Source: Marsupella aquatica
Taxonomy: Eukaryota > Plantae > Marchantiophyta
Direction: 5' to 3'
Assembly (NCBI GenBank): GCA_973895155.1
Contig: OZ316898.1
Coordinates: 11,431,187-11,495,186 of the forward strand
Length of the DNA stretch: 64,000 bases
Below the pieces are notes generated by a model. That model made no database searches, was not told where the DNA came from, and worked only from the letters and a program-made list of their open reading frames with translations. Both the position numbers and the translations under genes were made by a program. Positions 11,141-24,300 of the stretch are shown in pieces (the first letter of the stretch is position 1; each line of letters begins with the position of its first letter).

Positions 11141-14100
11141 ACTCTGGGGGCGTGGCATAAAAAAATTGGGGGTGCGGGGTGCGGGTGGAAAGTAAGGGTG
11201 ACCCACTGATCAGTAATAGGGTTGGGAAATAGAAGCGGCGCGGCCGATCCAGCTTTGTCAATTGGGAACACAAGGGAACACAGGGGAACACAAGGGAGTG
11301 CATGCGAATGGAAGACCTGGCTCTGTCAATGCGAAACTCAGCTGCATCGGAATGGAGTGGATCGGCGATGGCACATGGAAAAGCAGGGAAGTGCATGTGA
11401 ATCAAAGGGAAGTCCGAGCTTAGCTGCGTGACCGATTTGTCGTTTAATTTTGCTTTGCCGTTTGATTTTGAATTTGTGTGAGTTGTGGACTGCTTATTAG
11501 GATGGATTGATGCAGATTTGTCGTTTCGAATTGCAGCTGTTTGTCATTTTGAATTGCAGCTGCAAAGGATCAATTGTTCGACGAACCCAAGACTGTAGGC
11601 ATTCAAACAGGTAGCAATTCTGGGTTCAGGTGCTGTCTTTACTCAAGGAAGTGAATGCGCACTAGTGGAATTTTGTGGCACCAGCACGGAGAGGAGTTAG
11701 AGAGCTCTATTTTCGCGGAATTTTGTGGAAAATTGTGGACAGTAGTTGGGGGTTTGATTGTGAATTGCCGTGGTTGTTAACAGGGAGCAAGAGGAAGCGC
11801 TTGCGACGTCGGTGGGAGCTCTCACGAGTAAGAAGCTAGGAAAGGAAGAAGCTGCAAAGGATCAACATTCCGGGTAAAGCAAAGAATTGTTTTGCACTGG
11901 CATTGTGCCATTCATGCGTTGAAGCAGTAGCTGCTCTACAACTAAGGGTACACTCTGTATGAGGACACTTCTAACTGTCCAACTCTATAGATCTGATGTC
12001 TGGACTGATTGTGAGTGTTGTGCACTTCAGGACTGTGCGACCGATGAGTCCATTGGATCTGGCGCCTACCACAATGGATCGACAGATAATTGCTTCATGA
12101 CTCGCTTCAGGAGCGGTTCACCTGTGTTGTGTTAGCCGACCTTCTAACTAAGGTCTGTAATTGCCAGTCCTTCAGATGCTCTCAATCACAAATTCTAGGG
12201 AGATGTAATGCAAATCTACTCGGAAATTTGGAGAAACTGGCCCTCATGATCGTCCTTCACTTATTTGCTATGATCACTACCTATAGAGCCCTGCATTTAA
12301 CTACCCTGCATTTAACTAGATGAATAGTCGACAGTTTCAATGGAGACTAATTTGCAAGGATCTGGGAGTGGGACTCAGGAAAATTTGCTTTAAGGTTTGG
12401 ACTCTTCTTGGTTACGATCTGTTGCAGGGATCCAGGAGGGACTCGGGAACATTTGCTGCAGGGATTCATCGTTGAGGGGGAGCAGACGTCTAGAATGTGA
12501 TGGAATCCATGTTGCCATTTTTTCATGCTGGGGCGATCCATTGTCATTGCTGCCTTCAACCACCAGCTTCAAATTGAGGTGAGTGGTCCAATTTGCCAGC
12601 AATGTCTGTTGCAACCTGGACAGCTCATGTTTGATTATTCCAATCTAGAATAAATATGACTTCACATTCCCCAAATCTTTCAATCTGGGCCTCTGTCTCT
12701 CGGCTTGACGACGCACATCAATCCACTGGTGCTGTTCACGAGACCCACTAAGCAATCACAAAGCTACGCCACCGCCAAGATTTGGAAGTGATTGAGTGGC
12801 AATGCTTCTTCAGCTGATGCTGTTGTTGTTGTCACCACCGCGGCTTTGGACGAGAGGAAACACAGACAAGGGAAGGTAAGCTAACAGAGAACCTGCAGAG
12901 CTGTGAGAAAATTATGGTTGTGCTGCATCGAGAGTTCATCGTATGTGCCATAGGGTTGTCCCGGCAGTTCCAGTTCTGGCTCATGGCCTCCTCCGTTCTG
13001 CTCCCCCTCATTCGGCGGCATCCTCCAGTTCTATCGAATCATGTGTTGGCAACCTCCAGAGCTGCTGAAGACTTCAGCCTCCTTTGCTCAACTATCCCTC
13101 TGCCCAGATCCTTTGGCTGCATCGTCTCCTATTCAAATGTCAAAATACCTTGCCTGTCGGGGCAGCTCTGTCTCCCTCACTCCCTTCCCACTGCTTTTTG
13201 CCTTCGTTACTCGCTCAATCTCCCGTATCAGTTCGATCAAGCTTAGGTTGATAGTGCTGGAGCTAATGGGTGCCGTTGTGTCCAAGATAAAGGAGGTTGG
13301 TCCTGGGATTCATGGTCGAGAGATAGCATCAATATTTGGTGAACTTTGTGGGAAGCAAGCTGGTACTAGCGCAATGGATTTTTGGTCGTTGCAGAGACAC
13401 TGGCATCGGTGGTTGCGGCAACAGTAGAGTAGACAGTGCATTAGAGGGCATGCAGAAGAGTAGTCAGTAACAAGAGAGCGGTGAGCTGAGCAGTTCCGCT
13501 CCACCCTTTTCTTTTATCCCTTTCACCAAGAGAAAGTGAGATATATCATAGACAAAGTGAGATATCATGGTGAAGTGACCATCATAGCATATTGAATTAG
13601 TGATAGAGTTTAGATTGCTAAAACTATAGATTTTGGACCAAGATACACACATCCAAGATAGAGGCATCTTTGCATGCACTTTTAAAAAACGCCTTATATT
13701 TGATCTTCATGTTCAACTACTCAAGTCATTAGGAATACCAAATTTTGTCATTGAAGTTTATAACTTATTGTGATATAATTTCATTGATTTACATTTTTGT
13801 TACTACACAAGGACCCAATTATTGTTGACAATGTTCGAGAATCTCCACAACTTCCTTCTTCAGATCAATGTTTAACACCGGTTGTAAATGATCCATCTCC
13901 AACGTAAGTTCCAAGAGATTATCATTTTTTGAAATTTCATAATGCAACCATTTTTAAAACATGATTGTGAATGATTGATAATATTACAGGTTACCCATGC
14001 CTCTCATTCGAAGAAGCCCCCGAGATGAACAAATGCTTGCTAAGCTGAGGGGCAAAGAAATAGACGTGCAAGGATAATTAATGAGCCTGAATTTGGGCCT

Positions 14101-14543
14101 CTTATGACACGACATGGATCTACCTCTAGGTATGAAGCAAATTTATTTTCTTCTCATAAGCCATGTGTAAAATATGATTTCTACTTTGAAATGTAAATAA
14201 TTTTATATGTTTTTTATTGTTCTCCACTAGGGAACCGTCTCACAATGAAGATGATATAGTGCCTCCACAAATTACGATCAACCCACCACGCCATCGCACA
14301 AGTCGTGTTCCACATCTGCCAACTATGTATGTTGAGAACTCTTCAATTTTACAGTTCAAACTTCTACTTTGTTAAAGTTTATTGTTGGACTGTTTATTAG
14401 ATCTAATAGTTTATTATTTCTAGGATTTGACAGGATTTTGAGGAATTGGTTATTTAAAAGAAATAGGAGATAATTGGTTTATCTTTGGTTTTGATTGGTT
14501 TTTCAGCAACCTAGCATGTCGTTGCATATTTGATGAGTATCAT

Positions 14544-17500
14544 GTGTTTCACTTGAAACTACAAGGTCAAACAAATCAAGAGAGTGGTCACCATTACCTT
14601 GGACGCATGAATGTGGTTTGCCCATCATGTAAAGCCTTGCACTGGACAGCAGAGAAAGTGAGTTCTACAAAATTTAAGGACTCTCCATTTGGCAAGTGTT
14701 GTAGTCATGGTAGGGTGGATTTACCACCATTGCGATCTCTTCCTCCATTATTGGCAACATTGGTCTCAGGTGAGGGACCAACAAGTAAGAAGTTCTTGAG
14801 TCATATTCAAGCTTATAACTCAGCATTTCAGCTTGCATCCACCGGTGCTAACATGTCTGGAGAAGTACATGGTGGCATAAAACATCTTCGCATTCAAGGT
14901 GGGATCTATCATTCTATTGGTCCTCTTTATCCTGAGGTAGGACAACCCCCAAAATTTGCTCAACTTTATATTTATGACACTGAGCACGAGATAGAAAATA
15001 GAGGCAGAGTAATTATTGATGGTATTGAGATTGAGACCTTGAGAGGATTATAGAATCTTATGCGTGAGCATAATGCATATGTGCGATCTTTTCAAGCTAT
15101 AGCATGTGAAGTTGGTAGTCAAAATGTGCGCATTGTATTGAAAGCTAGCGAGAGAGGTCTTGATGCTAGACGTTATAACTTGCCGGTAGCATCGGAGGTT
15201 GCAGCCATTATTCCTGAAGATGGAAGTGAGGAGGTAGGTCCACGTGATATCATTGTATATTTCCATGGAGGAGGGGTACGTCGTATATCTGATCTCAATC
15301 AGGCATATATTCCTTTGCATTTTGTTCTCCTATTTCCATATGGTGAGGCAGGATGGCATATAGGCATTCGAAAACATAATTCTTCTATATTGCAAGAGAC
15401 TATTGCTATGGAAAGCGAAGAGGAAGTGGTGGAGAATATTATTCACGAGAGGGCCTACGACAATGTCATGGATAATGATGCACATGCAAATACAAGGACA
15501 AAGAATGTTACCCCTTTGGAGTTTGCCTCATTTAGGCTTCATACACGAGAAGATAATCCTATGGAGTGCATGGATGGTAGTAGGTTGACACGTTTTGATA
15601 GGCTTTATCAGGAGTACATGGTGGATGTGTATGCCACTATTGAGAGCCAGAGGTTGACCTATATACGTACCCATCAACCTCAGTTAAGAGCGCATCTATA
15701 TCAGGGAGTTCAAGATGCAGTGATGAGACATGATCATGCAGCAGATATTGGAAGACGCATCATACTACTTTCAAGCTTTATAGGAGGTCCACGTCATATG
15801 CACCAATTATTTCAGGATGTCATGGCTATTGTTAGGCATTTTGGTAAGCCTGATTATTTCTTGACCATGACATGCAATCCTACATGGAAAGAGATCATGG
15901 ATGAGCTGGTATGTAGCAATCAAAAAGTACGTAGCGTTCTAACTTGATTGCTCTGGTGTTTGAACAAAAGAAGAAGACATTGTTAGATTTGCTAGAAAAT
16001 CAAAAGATTTTGGGTAATTGTGTGGCAAAGATACATACTATAGAATTTCAAAAAAGAGGTTTGCCACATATTCATCTTTTGATGTGCATGGGTTATGATG
16101 ACAAATCACGAAATGCTACCCAGATTGATGATGTTATTTCGGCGGAGATACCAGATCCTATTTTGCATCCAAGTCTTTATCAAACTGTGGTTACTTGCAT
16201 GATGCATGGACCATGTGGTGCCCAAATGCGAAATGCTCCATGCATGAAAAATGGAGTGTGCTCAAAAGGTTTTCCAAAACCTTTTGCCTCCCACACCACA
16301 TTGAACGAGGATGGATACCCGACATATCGCAGGTGCGTTGATTTCAATTATTTATATATCATGCTTTTATGTACTTATATTATATTGATATGTGTATATA
16401 GTTATATTTACCTATGATTTTTTCTTACTTTAAACATTGCAGACGAGATGATGGTCGTACGGTGAAGAAGAAAAATTGTTTCTTAGACAATCGTTGGGTG
16501 GTGCCATACAATAAATTACTTTGCACACTTTTTGATTGTCACATAAATCTTGAAGTTACAAGTGACATTGCTGCTGTGAAGTATATATATAAATATGTGT
16601 ATAAGGGATCCGACGCAATTTTGGTCCGATTATCACAAGCTGGTGGCACAATTGAGAAGGAGGCACCAGTAGATGAGGTCTCAGAATATCGAGATGCATG
16701 GTATTTATTTCATTTTATATTTCTATTCTATTTTTTCTAATTCATTAATCAATTTCAACTTTTTCAATCATGTGAATTGTGTTAAGAGTTTTTGTACAAT
16801 TGTTATTTGATTCCATTTGAAGATTTCTCAAATCATACTAATATTTTTGTTTGTAGATACATCTCATCTGTTGAAGCATGTTGGCGCATTTTCAAGTTTC
16901 GTTTGCATTCGGAAGAGCCAAGTATTGTTCGATTAACTGTTCATCTTGAGAATGAGCAAAGTATAGTTTTTAGTGAGAACGTAACGACCAAGGAGATTTT
17001 ACAATGGAGGGTTGCAACCACATTGACAGAAGGGTTTGCAACGAATGTTAGTGATCCTGAGGCACGACAATATAAATACCATGAGTTTCCACTTCATTAT
17101 AGTTGGAACAAGAACAAAAAAAATGGATCATCCATAAGAAAAAGATTAAAGGCTGCGGATATCCCATCGGTCGTTTATATTTGACTCATCCAGGTATTAT
17201 TTTTATCTTGACTTAATTGCACTCAAATAATTGAATTTATTATTATTATATTCAAAATATTTATTTTAATGATTTTTTATTGTGTAGGTGAAGGAGAACA
17301 TCATTGGATGCGGTTACTTCTTCATCATATTAAAGGGGCTATTGGATATGACAGTTTGAAAACAATTGGTAATGTAGTCATGCCCACTTTTAAGGAGGCA
17401 GCAATTAAGTTGGGACTCTTGGAAGATGATTCAGAGGTTATTGACTGTTTGAGGGAATGTTCAAAAATTCGGACTGGACGTGCAGTCCGTCAACTTTTTG

Positions 17501-19936
17501 CCATCATTCTTCTTTACAACACACCTGCACGCCCTAAAGAGTTATGGGATCAATTTGTAACATCCATGACAGAGGATCTATTGTATTTGAGACGTCAGGT
17601 ATTCTTTTCTACATAAATCCATTTTTTATTCATGAGATATAACTTCTAATGAAATGGTTTAATGTGCTACATTTGTCTTGCAAACTAACATTGGTCAACC
17701 ACATTGTATTTGTAGGAGTTTGGGATGTCTGATCTTCCTCAACATGCTGTTATCAATAATGCATTGTTGGAAATTGACCGTTATTTACAAGATCACAACA
17801 AACGATTGTCTCATTTTTCTGATATGTATCAAGCAAATTTTATTTGCAATGAAGAGGCTCATTCTCATTTGGAGTTAGAGGAACTCTCATATGATCGTGT
17901 TGCACTACGTGCATGTGCATTGGAGGGAGAAGAAAAACTAAATGATGGACAAAATTTAATTTGGCAACAAGTGAATGATGTTTGTAAGACCGTATTGCAA
18001 GGTGAATCTCCTCGGGTAAGTATATACATTACCTTTTATATAGCTTTGCAACATGATTATGTGATGCTTTATTTGACACATGAATAATTTTCATGTCTAA
18101 CTCAAGGTTTTTATTTTATCTAGGAGCATTTATTCTTATTGATGGACCAGGTGGAACTGGAAAGACATTTTTGTATAATCTTCTACTAGCAAAGGTCAGA
18201 CGTGAGGGGCACATTGCTCTTGCCGTGGCATCATCGGGGATTGCAGCCTTACTACTACAGGGAGGTCGCACGGCACATTCACGATTCAAGATTCCACTCA
18301 TTGTTCACGAAAGCTCTACTTGCAAGTAAGAAGTTAAATTTGTGTTTATAATGAAATTGAGTTCATAAAAAATACTAATTTATGAGATTTTGAGCTATTG
18401 GTTTAGAGATATATAGTACAAATATTATTTTTTCATATTTTTTTGTGATGATGATGTGCAGCATAGTAATGGAGAGTGAAGCCGCGCGCTTGATCCGATG
18501 CGCATTATTGATCATATGGGATGAAGCACCCATGACTCACAGACATGCCTTTGAGGCTGTTAGCCGGACACTTCAAGATATCATGAAGAGTAATTTGCCA
18601 TTTGGAGGAAAATTGATGGTTTTTGGTGGTGATTTTTGCCAAGTGCTTCCTATAGTTCGACATAGAGATCAAGCAGCCATCATTCGAGCCACCTTCAAAA
18701 GATCTTCTATATGGTCAAAGATAAAAGTGATGAGGCTAAGTGAGAACATGAGAGTAAAAACACTAGAAGGTATGTCATATTATCAAGAATTGTTTTTTTA
18801 TCTTTTATGCTAGGTGTGTTATGATATTTATAGAGTATCAATTTCACTGTTTTGTGTATGAAATGTTAATTTATCTTAACACCAACTCTTCCATGTTGGA
18901 ATAAGTAAATATATAGTTACTTCTTTAATATTTTCTTCAAAAACATTTGACAAGGTTCTTTCTGGGTTTTCGTATATGTAGGAGAAGAGGCGCTTGAGCA
19001 ACAAGGCTTTAGCGATTGGTTACTTGCAATTGGAGAGGGAACTTTGCCAACTGAGTCTGATTTGGGTGATGATGTCATTCGTTTGCCGCATGACCTGATA
19101 ATGCCAACTGACCATCTTAGTGACCTAATTGTTGAGATCTATGGCTCAGATCCAGTGAACTTCAACAATGCTAACTTTTTAAAAGATAGAGCTATTTTGA
19201 CCACCACAAACAAAGATGTGGATAAGGTCAATGAGGAGGTGATGTGTGGCTTTCCTGGAGAGGTAAACCCCTTACCACTAGCAACATGAAGGGCTTTCAA
19301 TTTTGTCCTTGAAGGAAAAAGTTCCAATGAAAGTTAGCAACTTTCTAATGTTTATCCATGGAATTTTGCAGGAACATGAGTTTTTGAGTGCAGATTCAAT
19401 TCCCAATGAAGCAACTGCCTTCATGTATCCCACATAATTCCTCAATACATTGTTGCCATTCGGTTTACCTCCACATAAGTTGACTCTGAAGATTGGTGCA
19501 CCCATCATGCTTTTGAGAAACATGAATGGGTCAAGAGGACAAGCTAATGGCACTCGCTTGATAGTTCGTGGTTTTGGGCATCATGTCATAGATGCAGAGA
19601 TCATCACAGGGAAGAATATCGGAGACCGTGTACGTTTTCATTCCACGCATTCCTCTTATTGCATCCGACTCAGGGTTACCATTTGATCTTCGTCGATTTC
19701 AGTTTCCTATCCGTGCTGCCTTTGGTATGACCATCAATAAGTCTCAAGGTCAAACCTTGGCAAAGATTGGGATATTTCTACCAAACCCAGTTTCTCGCAT
19801 GGTCAATTATATGTGGCATTGTCTAGGGTTGGTGCTCGGACTGGTATTCGCATTATGATAGCACGGAATGCATATCCCAATAAGGATGACCTTTACATGC
19901 ACAAGGAATGTTGTATATCGTGAGATTTTAAGATGA
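14544..19936 (+). pseudogene. Helitron RepHel pseudogene, multi-exon
   Basis: CPSCKALHW...CC, FAQLYIYD, PDYFLTMTCNPTW, HUH TIEFQKRGLPHIHLL, Y2 KYIYKYVYKG, Walker [42 protein letters not shown], ending RNVVYREILR*. At least 8 AT-rich GT-AG introns (approx. 16332-16442, 16701-16856, 17194-17287, 17599-17715, 18016-18124, 18326-18461, 18770-18981, 19263-19371). In-frame stops (15051, ~19435) and frameshifts. Small upstream exons likely at 13.8-14.3 kb. Confidence 0.95.
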
Positions 19937-21384
19937 TTGCGTGATCATGGGAGGGTGCGTATCCATTGAGCTCTTGGTTACCCTAGCATGAGCCTGTGCA
20001 TTGATAGAACGGCTTCTCTACTTCGAGCTTCAATAATCAATTGTTTCAATATTTGACAGGTAAATATCCTTCCACATTCATTCAATTCAATTCTAACTTG
20101 ACCCTTTTTTGATGACATGATTGGATCTTCTTAGCACTTGGAATCTTTTTGAAGATGGTTATATTGCTTACTCCACTCTCTTTATATTCCATCATTCTAC
20201 ATGCATTTGATCTATTGCAATTGATTTCCTCCTATGACCGTTCTTTTGGCTTCTTCTTTTGGGTATTTTTGCAGTTGTAGTTTTGGTTGCTTGGTTGGTT
20301 CCACACTCCAAGCAAATGGAGCACTTCTGGATATTTGAGCAGATGTGTAGTCTACAATGGACTATTTCATGGTGGCTGTCATATGATATTATTGTTTTAT
20401 GTCATGTTGACATCTACAAGCCATCTAACATACCTTATGTTCAGATTTTCACCATTTGAATAAAATTTAGGGTTTTCTCCCACTTGAACCATTTTACCAT
20501 CAAGTTTTGACTCTTGATGGAAAAATTTCTCAAGTGGGGTTTCCCTTTGTCTTTTGATACGCTATTCTTATTACTTTCTCAAATCTATTTTGTCTCAAGC
20601 ACTTTTTGGTACTCATCGCTATTGACGTTCAAAGAACAGGTAGTCGGAGCTAGTTACCATAAAGCAAAAGCTTGCTCAGGCCCGGTCCACTCCTTTATAT
20701 ATATCACACTCTCAAAGGGCAAAAACTACTGTCAAAGTGCAAAAACTCTGAACTGAGAGACAGGAACCCAATGGCAAAGCAGCCCAATGAAGGGCAGGGG
20801 GAAAGCCCCTCCCGACTTTAGATAGACTGCTAGAAGTACAGTGGGCTGCGCTTAAGATAGACTGCTAGATATACCAGTGGGCACGTCAACAGTCGAGTCG
20901 AAACTACTGAAAGTGGAAAAGCTAGCTCACACCCAGACCACTCCTTGTTTATGACACAGTCATTCCAATCACCTATATAATGAAGAGACCTCAGAGGTCA
21001 AAATTATACAGTTTGAGTGTCTCAAACCGTGTATCTAGCATTCGCAGTTTTTTGGACTCCCATTTCCTTTCGCGTTGGCCGTGATTGTGCTCTTTTGTCA
21101 ACAGACAGAGTGACAAGGCACGACAGGAGAAGGCAGCAGTCCACACGTGATCATGCACTGCTGACAATGTGAATTAACGTTTGGAATCCCATTCCTGCGT
21201 TTCGGGTCTTCCATTGTGTAAGAGGAGATGCAGTTCTGAGCTCAGCCATATATGGACGTGAGCTCGATCACTCAAGGCTGTCCTTTGAGATCGACGAAAA
21301 GCAAGTGAGAAAGAACACATCGAGCACTTGGCCAACGAGAAATCCAGCTGCTGTGCAGTTTGCAAAAGCTAGCTAGCCGGAGTG

Positions 21385-24300
21385 ATGGCAGACACATTGT
21401 CAGTACTTCTAGGCGTGGTGCTGACTTCTCTATTTACTCTCTTGGTGCTGCATTACAGCTTGCCCTGGCAAAGACGTGTACACCGCAGCGCTCGGCTTCC
21501 GAAGGGAAACTTCGGTTGGCCTATCATTGGAGAAACACTAGCTCTAAGCCAAGATCCAATCGGGTTTGGGATTTCTCATGTACAAAGGTAATTTGGTATG
21601 GAGTACTCAAGTTTTAAATGATTCTCATTACCAGGGTCATCTTGTACGGTGGAGTACTCTTTTGAATTCATCTCATTTCTTAATCCATCGCTTCGGGTCC
21701 CAGCGTCTTGCGGACTCCGACCTGGTTACAGTGTCTTTTCTATTCTCAATTTAAAAAAGATGGTGCCGAGACCATAATTATAGCTCGCGAGTAGGATGTC
21801 TCTACTGCCATGGGCTTCGATGCGTATTGCATTTCGTATCATTCTTTCCTGTTATTCATCGCGACAGGATTGTGACGACATTTACTCGACACGAAGGAAA
21901 TCGTTCGCCTGAGGAAATCGATAGTGTTAGAATGGACAGTTTCCCTTCCGACATGCCGTCGCAGCCTTCGACGTACTGACTCTCTCGTCCTGCGGGAAAG
22001 TCGGCTGCCGTGGTTTGTTTTCCGTCCGCTTTTGCGGGATGTTGTAATTTCTAGATTATTGGGTCTAGCATCCTCATGCATCACAGTGTATTGTTCTCAG
22101 AACCTGCCGTGCGAGTCCTCCCTGATATCTCAATAAGAATTCACTCTGGTTTTGCTCCATGTTACTTCTCCCCTAGTGTCTGAATGGGAAGGAGTCAGTT
22201 ACTTCTGACGACCATCCTATACCCCAAACCGACACAGGTAAGTTGGAATGGGATGTGAGTTCGAACGACTCCAGTCCCACTCCAGTACAGTACGTCGATG
22301 AGTGCCACTGATATGGAAGTCACTTCAGTTAACGAAACATCTTGGATGCGCACGTAGATTATGCTACTGTATTGAAATTTAGAGCGAAATACAGTTTGCT
22401 TTCTAGAGTTTGATAGAATTTAACAATCTGTAGTACTCCTAGCCAGCAGCATGTGCTAGTGTTGATCGACCTGCGAATTTGTATCTCAATGACGCAGGTA
22501 TGGAAGCATATTCAAGTCTTCGGTATTTATGCGGAAGACCATACTTGGCACGACTCCCGAGTTTGCGAAATTTGTTTGTACAAACCCCGATACCTTCCCA
22601 TTGCAATATCCAAAAAGTTTGGAATTCATTCTCCCCAATTCCGTTCCTGTCGGGGATGGCCCACGCCATGTCGTTATAAAGAAGCACTTCAAAAGGTTCC
22701 TGAATCTAGAATCTCTCGCGAACAGGATCCCAGCACTCGAGAGCCTGATTCTTGAGAATTTAGCTTCTTGGGAAGACAAAGGGACTGTTGCTGCCAGTGA
22801 CGCGACTCAAGAGGTACGTGGTCTCTACGTTCTCTTCATTTAAATGAATAATTTCATATGTATCTTAATTAATAGATATGTTCCATCTCAACTAAAGTTT
22901 CACAGCAGGTCTCCAAGGCTTCGTGTTCCACCTTTCCTGAACGCAACTTGCCTTGTATGTGCACAGCTTATTGCAGACACGAGCGCGTATCTTGTACTCG
23001 GAGTTAAGAGAATCCGAAGCACACCAGAAGGAAGGTTGGCAGTGGAAAACATGTTGACCATGATCTCGAGCATTGGCGGTGTACCAATTAACCTTCCAGG
23101 AACTGCTCACCACAAAGGACGTCAGGTGCGCGCGTTTGTCCAAACTATAACTAGGATGAACATTCAGACTGTCTTCAGCCTCACTGGCTTGTGACTCTCG
23201 GTTCTGACTCCCCCCTTGACCATAGATTATATATTACTGAAATCCTGAATGCATCTGAGTTCAAGAGTAAAAAAGCTGAATGCAGCTCGATCAACAGATT
23301 TAGAGTGGAACATGGGTTAGGTACTTTAGCGGAAAAGTGCAAAATCCAGCTCCAAAACCAGCGCATGATTTTAAACAAAAGTAATGCAGCCCCTTAGGAA
23401 GAGCAAGAACTGACGGTTGGGTCGTCCATGCACGCAGGCAAGAAACGCTGTGAGGTCGTATTTGAAATCCATCGTGGAACAGAGAAAGAGCCAAGAGGGT
23501 ACCGAGTCTCATATGTTAGGAGTCCTGTTAGAAGCTCGAGACAAAGAAAAAGGAGGGGAGGTGCACTATTTGGATGGAGATAAACTGATTGACGAGACAG
23601 TTGGAGCTTGGCTTGCTGCCCTTCAGACCACGGCTGTTACTATGGCATGGACAATGAAGTTTCTCGTGGACTATCCCGACATCTTCAAGCGGATTCAGGT
23701 ATATGTGGAGCTAGTACGTTCCACTTTGTTTCTTTGTCTAGCTGGACTCTATCTCCGATCTTCGAAGTGATTGTTCAATTTCTTGGCTGCGCGCGTCTTC
23801 AGGAAGGTACATTCGATTGATCGAAATTAATTTGCCAGTGTTATTAGTTCGACAAGCTCAGAAAACAATCATATCCGTGGCCTTTATTAGTTTCTAGTTC
23901 AAATTACCGCCCTTGCCTAATCAAGAGGCCTTTCGTCACCTGACGCTTCTCCGCCGGTGTGTGATCTCGCACACAAATGTAGCCACCCGAACATGTTTAC
24001 ATGTACGAATCTCACACTGTCAAGGATTCTCACGTACCTGTATGGATGATTCTGAGCGTTAAGACGTGCAGGCCGAGCAACAAGAGATTCTTGAAGGCAA
24101 AAACTTCTCCGTCGAAGGGCCAAGACTTACTTGGGAGGATACGAGGAAAATGGTCTATACGGGCAAGGTAAATTGATGTGTCTTAGATATATAGCTACCA
24201 TATAAATTCCGTTAAGTCATCCGGTACAGACGTGCTCTGTGTTCGATGGAACATACTAAGAATAGTCCCAGCGACGGCTAAAGGGTGAACTCAAGGCCGT

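Larger units (their letters stand above)
11069..20653 (+). mobile_element. Full-length Helitron H2 (autonomous type, decayed), ~9.6 kb
   Basis: 5' A|TCTTACTAGTAAAGCGCGA at 11069; 3' short hairpin GTTC-AAA-GAAC then AGGTAGTCGGAG-CTAG|T ending 20653; intron-containing RepHel inside. Confidence 0.8.
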
